Shown here: one piece after another, positions 9,141-17,982 of the stretch | Position numbering within the stretch: the stretch's first letter is position 1 | Layout: the number at the start of each line of letters is the position of its first letter | NCBI GenBank assembly: GCA_027021705.1 | Contig: JALUTT010000097.1 | Span: 1-34,971, forward strand | DNA: 34,971 bases | Source of the DNA: Anaerolineae bacterium | Lineage (GTDB): Bacteria > Chloroflexota > Anaerolineae > S140-20 | Reading direction: 5' to 3' | Notes under the pieces: generated by a model | Told to the model about the DNA's origin: nothing | The model's database searches: none | Seen by the model: the letters and a program-made list of their open reading frames with translations, nothing else | Translations under genes and position numbers: made by a program

Positions 9141-10034
9141 ATGACCGTGACCACACAACCGGTAGCCCCACCCCGGACCAGAGCCTTGCGCCGACCGGCT
9201 TCCTTCTACATCCGCGAGATCATCCGCTACGCCCTGCTCATCGGCATCGGCGTCATCCTCTTCGCCCCCTTCATCCTGGCCGCCATCGGCAGCTTTAAGA
9301 CCGATGCCGAGATCATCGCCTATCCCCCCAAATTCTTCCCGGAGCGATGGCTGGTTGAGAACTGGGTGAAGGTGTGGAACACCGACTTTGGCGAGGGGGC
9401 TACCTTTCCCCGTTGGCTCTTCAACACCGCTTTCCTGGCCGTGACGACGGCGCTGCTGAAGGTCGTCGGCTGCTCGATGGCCGCCTACGCCTTCTCCCGG
9501 CTGCGCTTTCCCGGCCGCGACCTGGTCTTCAACTTCATGCTGGGCACGATGATGATCCCCGGCGCGGTGACCCTGATCCCCGCCTACGTCCTGATGGGCA
9601 AGCTCAAGCTGCTCAACACCTTCTGGTCCCTCATCCTGCCGGGCATCGTGGACGCCGGGGCGATCTTCATGCTCACCCAGTTCTTCAAGACCATCCCCCG
9701 CGACCTGGAGGAGGCAGCCCACATTGACGGCGCCGGCCTCTTCAGGATCTACAGCAACGTCATCTTGCCCCTCTCCCGCCCTGCCCTGCTGACCGTCTTC
9801 ATCCTGCAGTTCCAGGCGATGTGGAACAACTTCCTGACCCCCCTGCTCTACCTGGACGCCCCCCGGATGTGGGTGCTCAACGTGGCCCTGAGCGTCTTCA
9901 AGCAGCAGTACAAGGCCCAGTGGAACCTGACCCTGGTGGGCGCGATGTTCAACGCCATCCCGGTCCTGGTCCTCTTCTTCTTCTTCAGCAAATACTACAT
10001 CGAGGGGGTCTCATACGCGGGAATCAAGGGGTGA
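9141..10034 (+). CDS. Carbohydrate ABC transporter permease (MalG-like)
   Basis: SD GGAGG 7 nt before ATG 9141; EAA loop IPRDLEEAAHIDGAG. Confidence 0.93.
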   Translation: MTVTTQPVAPPRTRALRRPASFYIREIIRYALLIGIGVILFAPFILAAIGSFKTDAEIIAYPPKFFPERWLVENWVKVWNTDFGEGATFPRWLFNTAFLAVTTALLKVVGCSMAAYAFSRLRFPGRDLVFNFMLGTMMIPGAVTLIPAYVLMGKLKLLNTFWSLILPGIVDAGAIFMLTQFFKTIPRDLEEAAHIDGAGLFRIYSNVILPLSRPALLTVFILQFQAMWNNFLTPLLYLDAPRMWVLNVALSVFKQQYKAQWNLTLVGAMFNAIPVLVLFFFFSKYYIEGVSYAGIKG

Positions 10035-10082
10035 GGGTTGCAAGGCCTCCCTCAAGACTGCGATGATGTAGTCCACCATCAT
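10011..10082 (-). pseudogene. N-terminal remnant of a gene translationally coupled to the upstream small ORF (possible toxin)
   Basis: TGATG overlap with the 10082-10378 [22 protein letters not shown] then runs into the end of the convergent permease. Confidence 0.4.
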
Positions 10083-10378
10083 CACATCTCCTCAAGCAGG
10101 CGTAAGAGTTCGGTCAGTTCGTGGTTGATAGCCCGCCATTCCAGCAAGTCTGTGTAGAGAGTGTGATCATCAGGCGAGATGCCCTCAGTCTGGATCCGGT
10201 GCTCCAGGGCTTCCAGGGAACCGTACATGTCCCGGAGTCGGGCTGCGGCTTTCTTCAAGTCCAGAATACGTTCTGAAACACCGGCGGCAATGCCCTTGTA
10301 GATGAGTTCTTCATCGCTGCTGGGCAAAATGGCCGCAGCTTGAGTCAGAAGATGGTGGGCTGGGGAAACGGTTTTCAT
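10082..10378 (-). CDS. Small helical hypothetical protein, antitoxin-like
   Basis: 98 aa, SD GGAG, its own promoter, and visibly lower GC than neighbours. The ..YG.LE.LE.....D...W pattern recalls small TA-associated proteins (inference). Confidence 0.65.
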   Translation of the reverse strand: MKTVSPAHHLLTQAAAILPSSDEELIYKGIAAGVSERILDLKKAAARLRDMYGSLEALEHRIQTEGISPDDHTLYTDLLEWRAINHELTELLRLLEEM

Positions 10379-10456
10379 CGGTCCACTCCCTGTGTTCTCC
10401 TGATGGAGCCTCATTCAGTCCTTGCCCGGTACATTCCATCCTATCGTACAAACTTG

Positions 10457-10485
10457 ATTATAGCCCAGGCAGACTCGATTGGCAA
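10457..10485 (-). promoter_or_regulatory. sigma70 promoter for the small minus-strand ORF
   Basis: TTGCCA - 17 bp - TATAAT on the minus strand. Confidence 0.7.
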
Positions 10486-10516
10486 GAAAGCGCCGGTTGA
10501 TCAGCAAGGTCTTTCG

Positions 10517-11440
10517 ATGAGATTACAACGCCACCCAACCAACCCTGTCTTGCTCCCTGACCTGACCTCGGACTGGGAGTGCTACAACGTCTTCAACCCA
10601 GCCGTTGTCTACCACAATGGCCTCTTCCACATGCTCTACCGCGCCCAGGGGCTGGACTGGGTCAGCCGCATCGGCTACGCCGTCAGCCGGGATGGGGTGC
10701 ACTGGAACCGGCTGCGCCGGCCCGTCCTGGAGCCGGCCAACGCCGCCGACTCCCGGGGCGTTGAGGACCCCCGCGTGACCTTCCTGGAGGGGGCCTTCTA
10801 CATGACCTACACCGCCTACGGACGCCGCTTCCTGGGCCGGGGAGAGCCCACCCACGAAGGCGGCGGGATCATCCCGATGATCGCCCGCAGCGAGAACCTG
10901 ATCACCTGGGAGCCGATCGGCCCCATCGTGGTGGGGGAGGACAACAAGGACCACGTCCTCTTCCCCCGCAAGATCGGCGGGCGCTACGCCGCCCTTCACC
11001 GCCGTCGGCCCACCATCTGGCTGGCCTACTCCGACGACCTGCGAACCTGGCGCGAGGAGGACATGGCCCCCATCTTCGGTCCCCGCGCGGAGGGCTGGGA
11101 CAGCAAGAGCGTGGGGGGCAACGGGGTCCCCATCGAGACCGAGCACGGCTGGCTGATGCTCTACCACGGCTACGACGCCGATCACGTCTACCGCTTTGGC
11201 GTCTGCCTGCTGGACCTGGAGGACCCCCGCCGGGTGATCCGCCGGCCCCGAGAACCCATCTTCTGGCCGGAGGAGTTGTGGGAACTGCGGGGCGATGTGC
11301 CCAACGTCGTCTTCTCCTGCGCCAACCCCGTCGTGGACGGCACCGTCTACGTCTACTACGGCGGCGGGGACCACGTCATCGGCTTGGCCACCTGCCGGCT
11401 GGACGAACTGACCGACTTCGCCCTCCACGCCCCGGAGTGA
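10517..11440 (+). CDS. GH130-family glycosidase / beta-mannoside phosphorylase
   Basis: Motifs [33 protein letters not shown] and YYGGGD. Confidence 0.9.
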   Translation: MRLQRHPTNPVLLPDLTSDWECYNVFNPAVVYHNGLFHMLYRAQGLDWVSRIGYAVSRDGVHWNRLRRPVLEPANAADSRGVEDPRVTFLEGAFYMTYTAYGRRFLGRGEPTHEGGGIIPMIARSENLITWEPIGPIVVGEDNKDHVLFPRKIGGRYAALHRRRPTIWLAYSDDLRTWREEDMAPIFGPRAEGWDSKSVGGNGVPIETEHGWLMLYHGYDADHVYRFGVCLLDLEDPRRVIRRPREPIFWPEELWELRGDVPNVVFSCANPVVDGTVYVYYGGGDHVIGLATCRLDELTDFALHAPE

Positions 11441-12864
11441 TGCACACCCGCCCATCCTCCAGCGATCCCCCCTTCCCCCCGCCCTTCGTCCAGCGGATGC
11501 GCACCCTGCTGGGCGAAGAGGCGGGTGCCTTCTTTGCCAGCCTGGAGGCCCCTCCCCGGATCGGGTTGCGCCTCAACACCCTGAAGGTGTCGCCCGACGC
11601 CTTCCGTGCCCTCAGCCCCTTCCCGCTGGAACCGGTGCCTTGGTGTCCCGAGGGCTTCTTGGTGGCCGTTGATGCAGAGGTCCGCCCCGGTCGTCACCCC
11701 TACCACGCCGCCGGCCTCTACTACCTCCAGGACCCCAGCGCGATGGCGGCCACGGTGCTTCTCGACCCCCAGCCGGGCGAGGCAGTGCTGGACCTGGCCG
11801 CTGCCCCCGGCGGCAAGGCAACCCACCTCGCCGCCCGGATGCGAAACCAGGGGCTCCTGGTGGCCAACGACGTGGTACGGGGCCGCACCCGGGCTCTCGT
11901 CGAAAACCTGGAGCGCTTCGGCATCACCCACGCCTTGGTCACCAGCGAGCGCCCGGAGCGATTGGCCGACCGCTGGCCGGAGGGCTTCGACCGGGTGCTG
12001 GTGGACGCTCCCTGCTCCGGGGAAGGGCTCTTCCGCCGATGGCCCCAGGCCCGGCGGGAGTGGCGGCCAACCGTCGTCGCCGGCTGTGCCCTGCGCCAGC
12101 AGGCCATCCTGGACGCTGCGGCCCGGCTGGTCCGCCCAGGAGGCCGGCTCCTCTACGCCACCTGCACCTTCGCCCCCGAGGAGAACGAGGCGACGGTGGC
12201 CCACTTCCTGCGTCAGCACCCCGACTTTCACCTCGTTGCTCCACCCCCGCTGCCCGGCTTCGCCCCCGGTCGGCCCGACTGGATCGCGCCGGAGCTGGCC
12301 CGGGGGCTGCCCCTGGAGCGGTGCCTCCGCCTCTGGCCCCACCGGGCTCCCGGCGAGGGCCACTTCTTCGCCCTCCTGGAACGAGAAGGCCCGTCGGCTC
12401 CCGTCCTCTGGCCTCAGGCCGACGCCCCACTCCCGGCCCGGCTGGCCCGCCTGGTGGAGGCATTCTGGTCTGCAACGCTGACCCGCCCCCTCCCCCTCAG
12501 AGGGTGGCTGCTCCGGCGGGAACACCTCTTCCTGGCCCCGACGGCTCCCGACGCCTGGGAGCCCCTGCGGCCCGTGCGGGCCGGATGGCAGGTCGGGCGG
12601 CTGGCCCGCCACCGTTTCGTCCCGGCCCACGCCCTGGCCCTGGCCCTGCGCCCCTCCGACGTCCACCACACCCTGGACCTGGAGGCCGACGGGCCGGAGG
12701 TGGCCGCTTACCTGCGGGGGGAACCGCTGGACCTCCCTGGGCCGGCGGGCTGGCTGCTCGTCACCGTGGATGGGTTCCCGCTGGGATGGGGCAAGCGGGT
12801 CCAGGGGATCGTCAAGAACCACTACCCCCACGCCCTGCGCCGGGGACACATCCGCAAGCCCTGA
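11440..12864 (+). CDS. RsmB/NOP2/RsmF-family RNA m5C methyltransferase
   Basis: YYLQDPSAM, LDLAAAPGGK, VDAPCSGEG, YATCTF..EENE, and an RsmF-type C-terminus (LGWGK...KNHYP). ATG overlaps the GH130 stop codon. Confidence 0.92.
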   Translation: MHTRPSSSDPPFPPPFVQRMRTLLGEEAGAFFASLEAPPRIGLRLNTLKVSPDAFRALSPFPLEPVPWCPEGFLVAVDAEVRPGRHPYHAAGLYYLQDPSAMAATVLLDPQPGEAVLDLAAAPGGKATHLAARMRNQGLLVANDVVRGRTRALVENLERFGITHALVTSERPERLADRWPEGFDRVLVDAPCSGEGLFRRWPQARREWRPTVVAGCALRQQAILDAAARLVRPGGRLLYATCTFAPEENEATVAHFLRQHPDFHLVAPPPLPGFAPGRPDWIAPELARGLPLERCLRLWPHRAPGEGHFFALLEREGPSAPVLWPQADAPLPARLARLVEAFWSATLTRPLPLRGWLLRREHLFLAPTAPDAWEPLRPVRAGWQVGRLARHRFVPAHALALALRPSDVHHTLDLEADGPEVAAYLRGEPLDLPGPAGWLLVTVDGFPLGWGKRVQGIVKNHYPHALRRGHIRKP

Positions 12865-12872
12865 TCCCGCCC

Positions 12873-12901
12873 TTGCCTCTCGGCCCAACCTGGGGTACAA
12901 T
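12873..12901 (+). promoter_or_regulatory. sigma70-like promoter
   Basis: TTGCCT - 17 bp - TACAAT. Confidence 0.6.
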
Positions 12902-12958
12902 CTGGGCGGCAACGAGGGCGCCCGACCTGGGCATTGCGCTTGGGAGGAGGACGTTGCG

Positions 12959-13447
12959 ATGGATAACTGGGGGTGGCTGCTGTGGCTCGTCGGCCTGACG
13001 GCGATGACCTTCATCAACGTTGCCTGGGTGCTCGACCTCCAGGCCCGCCATCGAGAGCTAAGGACACGCCTTGAGGCCCTCACCGCCAGTGAGCCAGGAC
13101 GGGACCTCTCCCTCCCCTTGAGCCAGATCACGGGCCGGCTAGAGGAGACCGAGGAGGTGGTGGAGACCTTGAAGACCCAATTGGCCGACCTCTCCAACTA
13201 CCTCAACCGCTCCATCCAAGGGATCGGGCTGGTCCGCTTCCAAGCCTTCGCCGATGTAGGGGGAGATCAGAGCTTCGCCCTGGCCCTGGTGGACGGTGAG
13301 GGGAACGGCCTGGTGATCTCCAGCCTCTACGCCCGGGAGGGGACTCGCATCTACGCCAAACCCCTCCAACAGTGGCAATCCGCTTACTCTCTCAGCTTCG
13401 AGGAGGAGGAAGCCATCCGCCAAGCCCGGGAGCGAGTGACCGGTTGA
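12959..13447 (+). CDS. DUF4446-family membrane-anchored protein
   Basis: SD GGAGG; N-terminal TM helix, coiled coil, and RFQAF.DVGGDQSFALAL.D..GNG.VISSLY.R...RIYAKP signature. Confidence 0.85.
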   Translation: MDNWGWLLWLVGLTAMTFINVAWVLDLQARHRELRTRLEALTASEPGRDLSLPLSQITGRLEETEEVVETLKTQLADLSNYLNRSIQGIGLVRFQAFADVGGDQSFALALVDGEGNGLVISSLYAREGTRIYAKPLQQWQSAYSLSFEEEEAIRQARERVTG

Positions 13448-13472
13448 CAAAATGCTCCGTCTGAGGTATAGT
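13444..13472 (+). promoter_or_regulatory. sigma70 promoter for bactofilin
   Basis: TTGACA - 17 bp - TATAGT. Confidence 0.8.
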
Positions 13473-13525
13473 CTGCCTGCGAAGCATTGAAGGGGAGGCA
13501 CCGAGAGGCAGGGTGACGAGGCCCT

Positions 13526-13604
13526 GGAGGATGAGGCACTGAGGACTGAGGACCAAGGGACCACCTGACCAACCGACCGAGCGACCAACCTGACCAACTG
13601 ACCA
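13526..13604 (+). repeat. Degenerate 7-9 bp tandem repeats (GAGGACT / CTGACCA type)
   Basis: GAGGCACT GAGGACT GAGGACC...CCTGACCA ACCGACCG AGCGACCA ACCTGACCA ACTGACCA; the reverse complement resembles 28461-28500. Confidence 0.7.
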
Positions 13605-13618
13605 TCAAGGAGGCAGCC

Positions 13619-14083
13619 GTGTTTGGCAGAGAACGATCCAAACCTACCCCTCCCCCCGCCCCTGGGGCTCCCGCCGCATCCAAGATCGAAACGGTGATCG
13701 GCCCCAACTGCTACATCAAGGGGACGATCCAGAGCGATGGGGGGATCCGCATTGATGGCATCTTCGAGGGGACGATCAACACCGCCGGGAACCTGATCAT
13801 CGGGGAGAGCGCCAAGGTTATCGCCAACATCACTGCCCACAACGTCTCCATCTCCGGCGCGGTGAAAGGGGACATCTCCGGCAACCGGGTGGAGATCCTG
13901 GAAACGGGTCGTGTGTGGGGCGATCTGACCGTGAACTCTCTCCTTCTCAATGAGGGCGCGTACTTGCGAGGCCAGACGACGATGCACGCGGACATCGAGC
14001 CGCCGATGATCGAGCCACCCCGCGCAGCGGCCCCCGAGACGCCGGCGGCGGGCGAGATCGTGGATCTCGAACCGGAAACATAG
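13619..14083 (+). CDS. Bactofilin (polymer-forming cytoskeletal protein, DUF583)
   Basis: SD AAGGAGG and GTG start; beta-helix repeats ETVIG...IKGTI....IRIDGIFEGTI; N-terminal MFG membrane-targeting-like motif. Confidence 0.92.
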   Translation: MFGRERSKPTPPPAPGAPAASKIETVIGPNCYIKGTIQSDGGIRIDGIFEGTINTAGNLIIGESAKVIANITAHNVSISGAVKGDISGNRVEILETGRVWGDLTVNSLLLNEGAYLRGQTTMHADIEPPMIEPPRAAAPETPAAGEIVDLEPET

Positions 14084-14091
14084 CCTGCCGG

Positions 14092-15180
14092 CTAGAGCAC
14101 GAGTCTGGATCCCTGGTCGGGGACGCACTCCCGCTCCCAAGGCCGGGGATTTTTCTTGCGCCCGTCTTCCCTCAGATGGAACTCGAGATCGTCTCCGCGT
14201 TGCTCCTGGGGGAGGGAGAGCGGGGAGACATCCGATGGAGCTTGCTCCAGCGGTTCCAGCGGAGCCAGGGCCTCTAGTTCGGCCAGAGGGTCACGGGTCA
14301 GAAACTCGATGCTGGTGTCCCGGGCCACCAGGAGCACGCTGGCGACTAGCAGCCCCCCGCCCATCCACTGCACAGGGGTCAGGCGCTCCCCCAAAAGGAA
14401 GAAGGCCACCAGCAGGGTGACGAAGAGCTCCATCAGGCCCAGCAGGGCCGTCTGCACCCCACCTAGGTGGCGGAGTCCTAGGAACATCATCAGTCGGGAG
14501 AGGGCGGTGACGATGCCCAGGCCGATCATCGCTCCCAGGCCAGCCGAAGAGAGGGGCTCCAGCGGAGCCCCCTGTCCCACCCGGGCAATGGTCACCACCG
14601 TCGCCATCGTCGTCAGCACGTAGAGCGTCACCGAGGGGGACGGCACGTCGGCCAGAATCCACTGGCCCAAGACCAGGTGGAAGCCATAGGTCGCTGCCGA
14701 GGCGATCATCAGCATCACCCCCAGCAGGTCCAGGGTTCCACCCCCGACCTGGGTCAGCAGGAGCACACCGCCGCTGGCCAGGCCCAGGCGGAGCATCGTG
14801 ATGGGGGAGAGGGGCTGGCCCGAGGCAGCCAGGAAGATGACCACCCAGAGAGGGTAGAGGGAGTTCAACAGCGAGGCGATGGAAGCGTCCACGCGCGAGA
14901 GCCCCGTGTAGTACATCAGGGAGCCCAGCCCGTTGACCGCCCCCATCGCCACACACCCCAGCAGTGCCGGACGGTCCAGCCGGATGTACTGGCGCCAGAC
15001 GAGGCCGTAGAAGAGCCACAGCAACATCGCAGCCAAGATCGTCCGACCGGCGACTAGGGTGTAGGGCGTCACACCGGCCCGATAGGCCAGCTTCCCGAAG
15101 ATGGGGGTCCAACCTAGAAAGATGGTAGAGAGCAACGCCGCCACGACACCGCTCACCAAATCCCGACTCCGTCGTCTCAT
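14092..15180 (-). CDS. EamA/DMT-family transporter
   Basis: About 10 TM helices in two repeats; C-terminal LLGERLTPVQWMGG; SD GGAGG before ATG 15180. Confidence 0.9.
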   Translation of the reverse strand: MRRRSRDLVSGVVAALLSTIFLGWTPIFGKLAYRAGVTPYTLVAGRTILAAMLLWLFYGLVWRQYIRLDRPALLGCVAMGAVNGLGSLMYYTGLSRVDASIASLLNSLYPLWVVIFLAASGQPLSPITMLRLGLASGGVLLLTQVGGGTLDLLGVMLMIASAATYGFHLVLGQWILADVPSPSVTLYVLTTMATVVTIARVGQGAPLEPLSSAGLGAMIGLGIVTALSRLMMFLGLRHLGGVQTALLGLMELFVTLLVAFFLLGERLTPVQWMGGGLLVASVLLVARDTSIEFLTRDPLAELEALAPLEPLEQAPSDVSPLSLPQEQRGDDLEFHLREDGRKKNPRPWERECVPDQGSRLVL

Positions 15181-15276
15181 CACCACCTCCACACCATCCG
15201 CACTTCACCGATGTACGACCGATCCGCGCCTGTGAGTCACCCACACTCCCGCCTGCGGAGACGGGAGCGCTAACCG

Positions 15277-15837
15277 ATGCCCAAGATACCCCGCTTCAAC
15301 CCGGCCCATCTGAGAACCCACCAGCGCCGCTGGCTCGTCGGCCTCGCTGTGATCAACCTCTTCCTCCTGGCGCTGGTGGTCTGGCTCCTGGTGCGTCCAC
15401 CGGCGGCTTCCACGATCCCTCCGGCCATCGTGGACTCCGAGGCTTGTCGGCGTGCCATCGCCGCAGACCTCGCCGAGGCCAGCCTCAGTGGAAGGGTGGG
15501 GACAACGCCTCGGGGGATCATCCGCCTGGAGATCGTGCTGCCGCCGGGCCTGTCGGAGGAAGCGATGGAGGCGACGATGGAAGCAACAATGTGGATCGCG
15601 CTGGAAGCCAGCAGCGGTCATCCCGCCTGCCTAGGTGCCCCCCAGGTCCAGGTGGCGATCACTGCCCATCAGGCCGGGGGAAGCACGGTTACCCTCCGGG
15701 GGCAGGTGAAGCAGGCCGACCTGGAGGCGTGGAGAGCAGGCGAGATAGGTGATGACGCCCTGGCTCAGCGCCTGACCCTCATCCGCCAGACCATAGGCGG
15801 AGACGACCTGTCGAACCCAGCCAGCAGGAGCCGTTGA
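15277..15837 (+). CDS. Hypothetical single-pass membrane protein
   Basis: 186 aa with an N-terminal TM helix, two Cys and plausible codon usage. Confidence 0.65.
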   Translation: MPKIPRFNPAHLRTHQRRWLVGLAVINLFLLALVVWLLVRPPAASTIPPAIVDSEACRRAIAADLAEASLSGRVGTTPRGIIRLEIVLPPGLSEEAMEATMEATMWIALEASSGHPACLGAPQVQVAITAHQAGGSTVTLRGQVKQADLEAWRAGEIGDDALAQRLTLIRQTIGGDDLSNPASRSR

Positions 15838-16065
15838 CCATTGTAGCACAACCCCAGTCCTGGGACAACCCCCCAAAAGGACTGGTGGACGTGACATTTA
15901 TCAATGATTTTCAGGACATTTGCGACTTTCCTCCCGAGCCATAACCGGCTATGGTACAAGACGGCGATGCGCTCTCGGAGCGATCGCCGCCCATCGGTCT
16001 TCATCGCTGCGACACACTCAGGAGGCTGCCCTCCTGGGCGGAACGTTCTTTCCACATAACTGTTC

Positions 16066-16162
16066 ACCCTCCCGCAGATTAGGTGCGTTTCCGACTCGAA
16101 ACCGTGTTCCAAATAGCCCATCGGGGCTGAAAGCGCCCTCGACCGGTGACCTGCGGGAGGGT
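16066..16162. mobile_element. MITE-like element family A, copy 1
   Basis: Terminal inverted repeats ACCCTCCCGCAG/CTGCGGGAGGGT, 97 bp; same ends as the elements at 22911, 23107 and 34807. Confidence 0.65.
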
Positions 16163-16240
16163 AAGCTGAACAGATACTTTCCACGTGCTCAAGGATAAGG
16201 AGGAGCACGGCAGCCCAGGAACGTGGGAGGGAGTTTCGCT

Positions 16241-17722
16241 ATGGAGAAGATTTGGAGCGGACTGCTGTCCATTGACCGCAAAGAACGGCTGTGCATTCCC
16301 CCTCAAGCGGTTCGGAAGCGCCCGGTCGAAGAACGCATCCACTCCTTCGACGAGGTCACGCTGGGGTTCGACGCCGAGACGGCACGCCGAGAGGCCGAGC
16401 GCTGCCTTCATTGCCCCGAGCCCGCCCCCTGCGTAGAAGCCTGCCCGTTGCACAACGATATCCCCACCGCCCTCTGGTACATCGAGCAGGGCGATTTTCT
16501 CGCCGCTGCCGAGGTCTACCGCCGGACCAACCCGATGCCGGAGATCTGCGGACGGGTTTGCCCCCCCACCACCTGCCGGGGGTCGTGCAACGTGGGCAAG
16601 CCGGAAGTCCCTCTGAACACCTCCAAGCTGGAGGCCTTTGTGGCCGACTACCAGCGGAAGACGGTAGGCGTCCCCCTGCCGGAGAAAGCGCCGCCCACCG
16701 GTAAGCGGGTGGCCGTCGTGGGGGCGGGACCGGCGGGCCTGACCGTCGCCGAGCGCCTCACCGTGAAGGGACACCAGGTCGTCGTCTACGAGGCTATGCC
16801 CAGGCCGGGCGGGCTCCTGGTCTACGGCATCCCCAGTTTTAAGCTCCCCAAGGAGCTGGTGATGTGGAAAGCCAAGTGGCTGGAGCGGCTGGGCGTGACC
16901 TTCATCTACAACATCCGCATCGGTGAGGACTTGACCGTGGATGATCTCCTCGACCGGGAGGGCTTCGACGCTGTCTTCCTGGGCACAGGGGCTGAGGTGA
17001 GCGCCACACCCCGCTGGGAGGGGATGGACTTGGAGGGCGTCTACCAGTCTCTGGATTTCCTGATGCGGGCCAACCTCTCCCCCGATTTTCTGCCGCCGGA
17101 GAAACAGGAGCGCCCCCAGGTGGGCCGACGGGTAGCGGTCATCGGCGGCGGGGACACGGCGATGGACTGCGCCCGCACGGCGATCCGACTGGGTGCCGAA
17201 GAGGTGACCATCGTCTACCGGCGGACCGAGGCAGAGATGCCCGGCAACCCCTACGAGCGGGCTTTGGCCATCGAGGAAGGCGTTCGCTTCGAGTTCCTCA
17301 CCGCACCCGTCCGATTCATCGGCGACGAAGCGGGCCGTCTGGTGGCGATGGAGTGCGTGCGGATGGAGTTGGGCGAACCCGATGAGTCGGGCCGCCGACG
17401 CCCCATCCCCATCGCCGGCTCCGAATTCCGGCGTGAGGTGGACACCGTCGTCCTGGCCCTGGGCTTCTGGCCCGATCCCCTCATCGGCGAGACGACACCG
17501 GGGCTGAAGACACGCAAGTGGGGGCTCATCGTAGCCGACGAGGAGACGGGGCGGACCAGTCGCGAGGAGATCTTCGCCGGTGGCGACAACGTCCATGGCC
17601 CCGACCTGGTCGTGACGGCGATGGCGGCCGGTATGCGGGCTGCCGAGGCGATCCACGACTACCTGATGCGACCCTCTCCCCCAGAACCGGAGGCCGAGGA
17701 GGCGATCCTCGTCCCCGCGTGA
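16241..17722 (+). CDS. GltD/NfnB(SudA)-like NAD(P)H-dependent flavo-iron-sulfur oxidoreductase, paralog 1
   Basis: CxxCx4Cx3CP, CGRVCP...C...C, LEAFVAD, GAGPAG, GGGDTAMD, YRR and FAGGD motifs. Confidence 0.9.
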   Translation: MEKIWSGLLSIDRKERLCIPPQAVRKRPVEERIHSFDEVTLGFDAETARREAERCLHCPEPAPCVEACPLHNDIPTALWYIEQGDFLAAAEVYRRTNPMPEICGRVCPPTTCRGSCNVGKPEVPLNTSKLEAFVADYQRKTVGVPLPEKAPPTGKRVAVVGAGPAGLTVAERLTVKGHQVVVYEAMPRPGGLLVYGIPSFKLPKELVMWKAKWLERLGVTFIYNIRIGEDLTVDDLLDREGFDAVFLGTGAEVSATPRWEGMDLEGVYQSLDFLMRANLSPDFLPPEKQERPQVGRRVAVIGGGDTAMDCARTAIRLGAEEVTIVYRRTEAEMPGNPYERALAIEEGVRFEFLTAPVRFIGDEAGRLVAMECVRMELGEPDESGRRRPIPIAGSEFRREVDTVVLALGFWPDPLIGETTPGLKTRKWGLIVADEETGRTSREEIFAGGDNVHGPDLVVTAMAAGMRAAEAIHDYLMRPSPPEPEAEEAILVPA

Positions 17723-17735
17723 CCCTCCTCTCCGT

Positions 17736-17771
17736 AGCAGCCCCTGTCCAACTGCGGACAGGGGCTGCTTT
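17736..17771 (+). terminator. Probable intrinsic terminator
   Basis: 14 bp perfect stem AGCAGCCCCTGTCC/GGACAGGGGCTGCT followed by a short T run. Confidence 0.65.
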
Positions 17772-17823
17772 CGCGTCAGGACTGGTGAAAAAGAGAGGAG
17801 AGGGGTATAATAGACGTTCGGGT

Positions 17824-17896
17824 GCCGGGCACGTTCGAGGGCCACCCAGTAGAGGGTCGTCCCCTTGGGTGCAGTGCCCGACGTGCCCGGCGTTTT
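17824..17896 (+). promoter_or_regulatory. Structured 5' leader of paralog 2 (attenuator candidate)
   Basis: TATAAT at 17806-17811, then a long hairpin (GCCGGGCACGT/ACGTGCCCGGC, inner CACCCA/TGGGTG) followed by GTTTT. Confidence 0.45.
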
Positions 17897-17982
17897 GCCA
17901 TCTCAGGGCCTGTAGGAGACAGGCCCTACATCGTCAGAACCGGTTCCAACGTCTATAGCAGCGGAGAGCAGGAGGAAACGCG

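Noticed and set aside
10340..11439. Longer upstream starts in the ORF track (10340, 11278; also 12770, 23017, 23934, 25030, 32259)
   Set aside because: These extensions overlap other genes, promoters or repeats. Downstream starts fit SD sites and family N-termini better.
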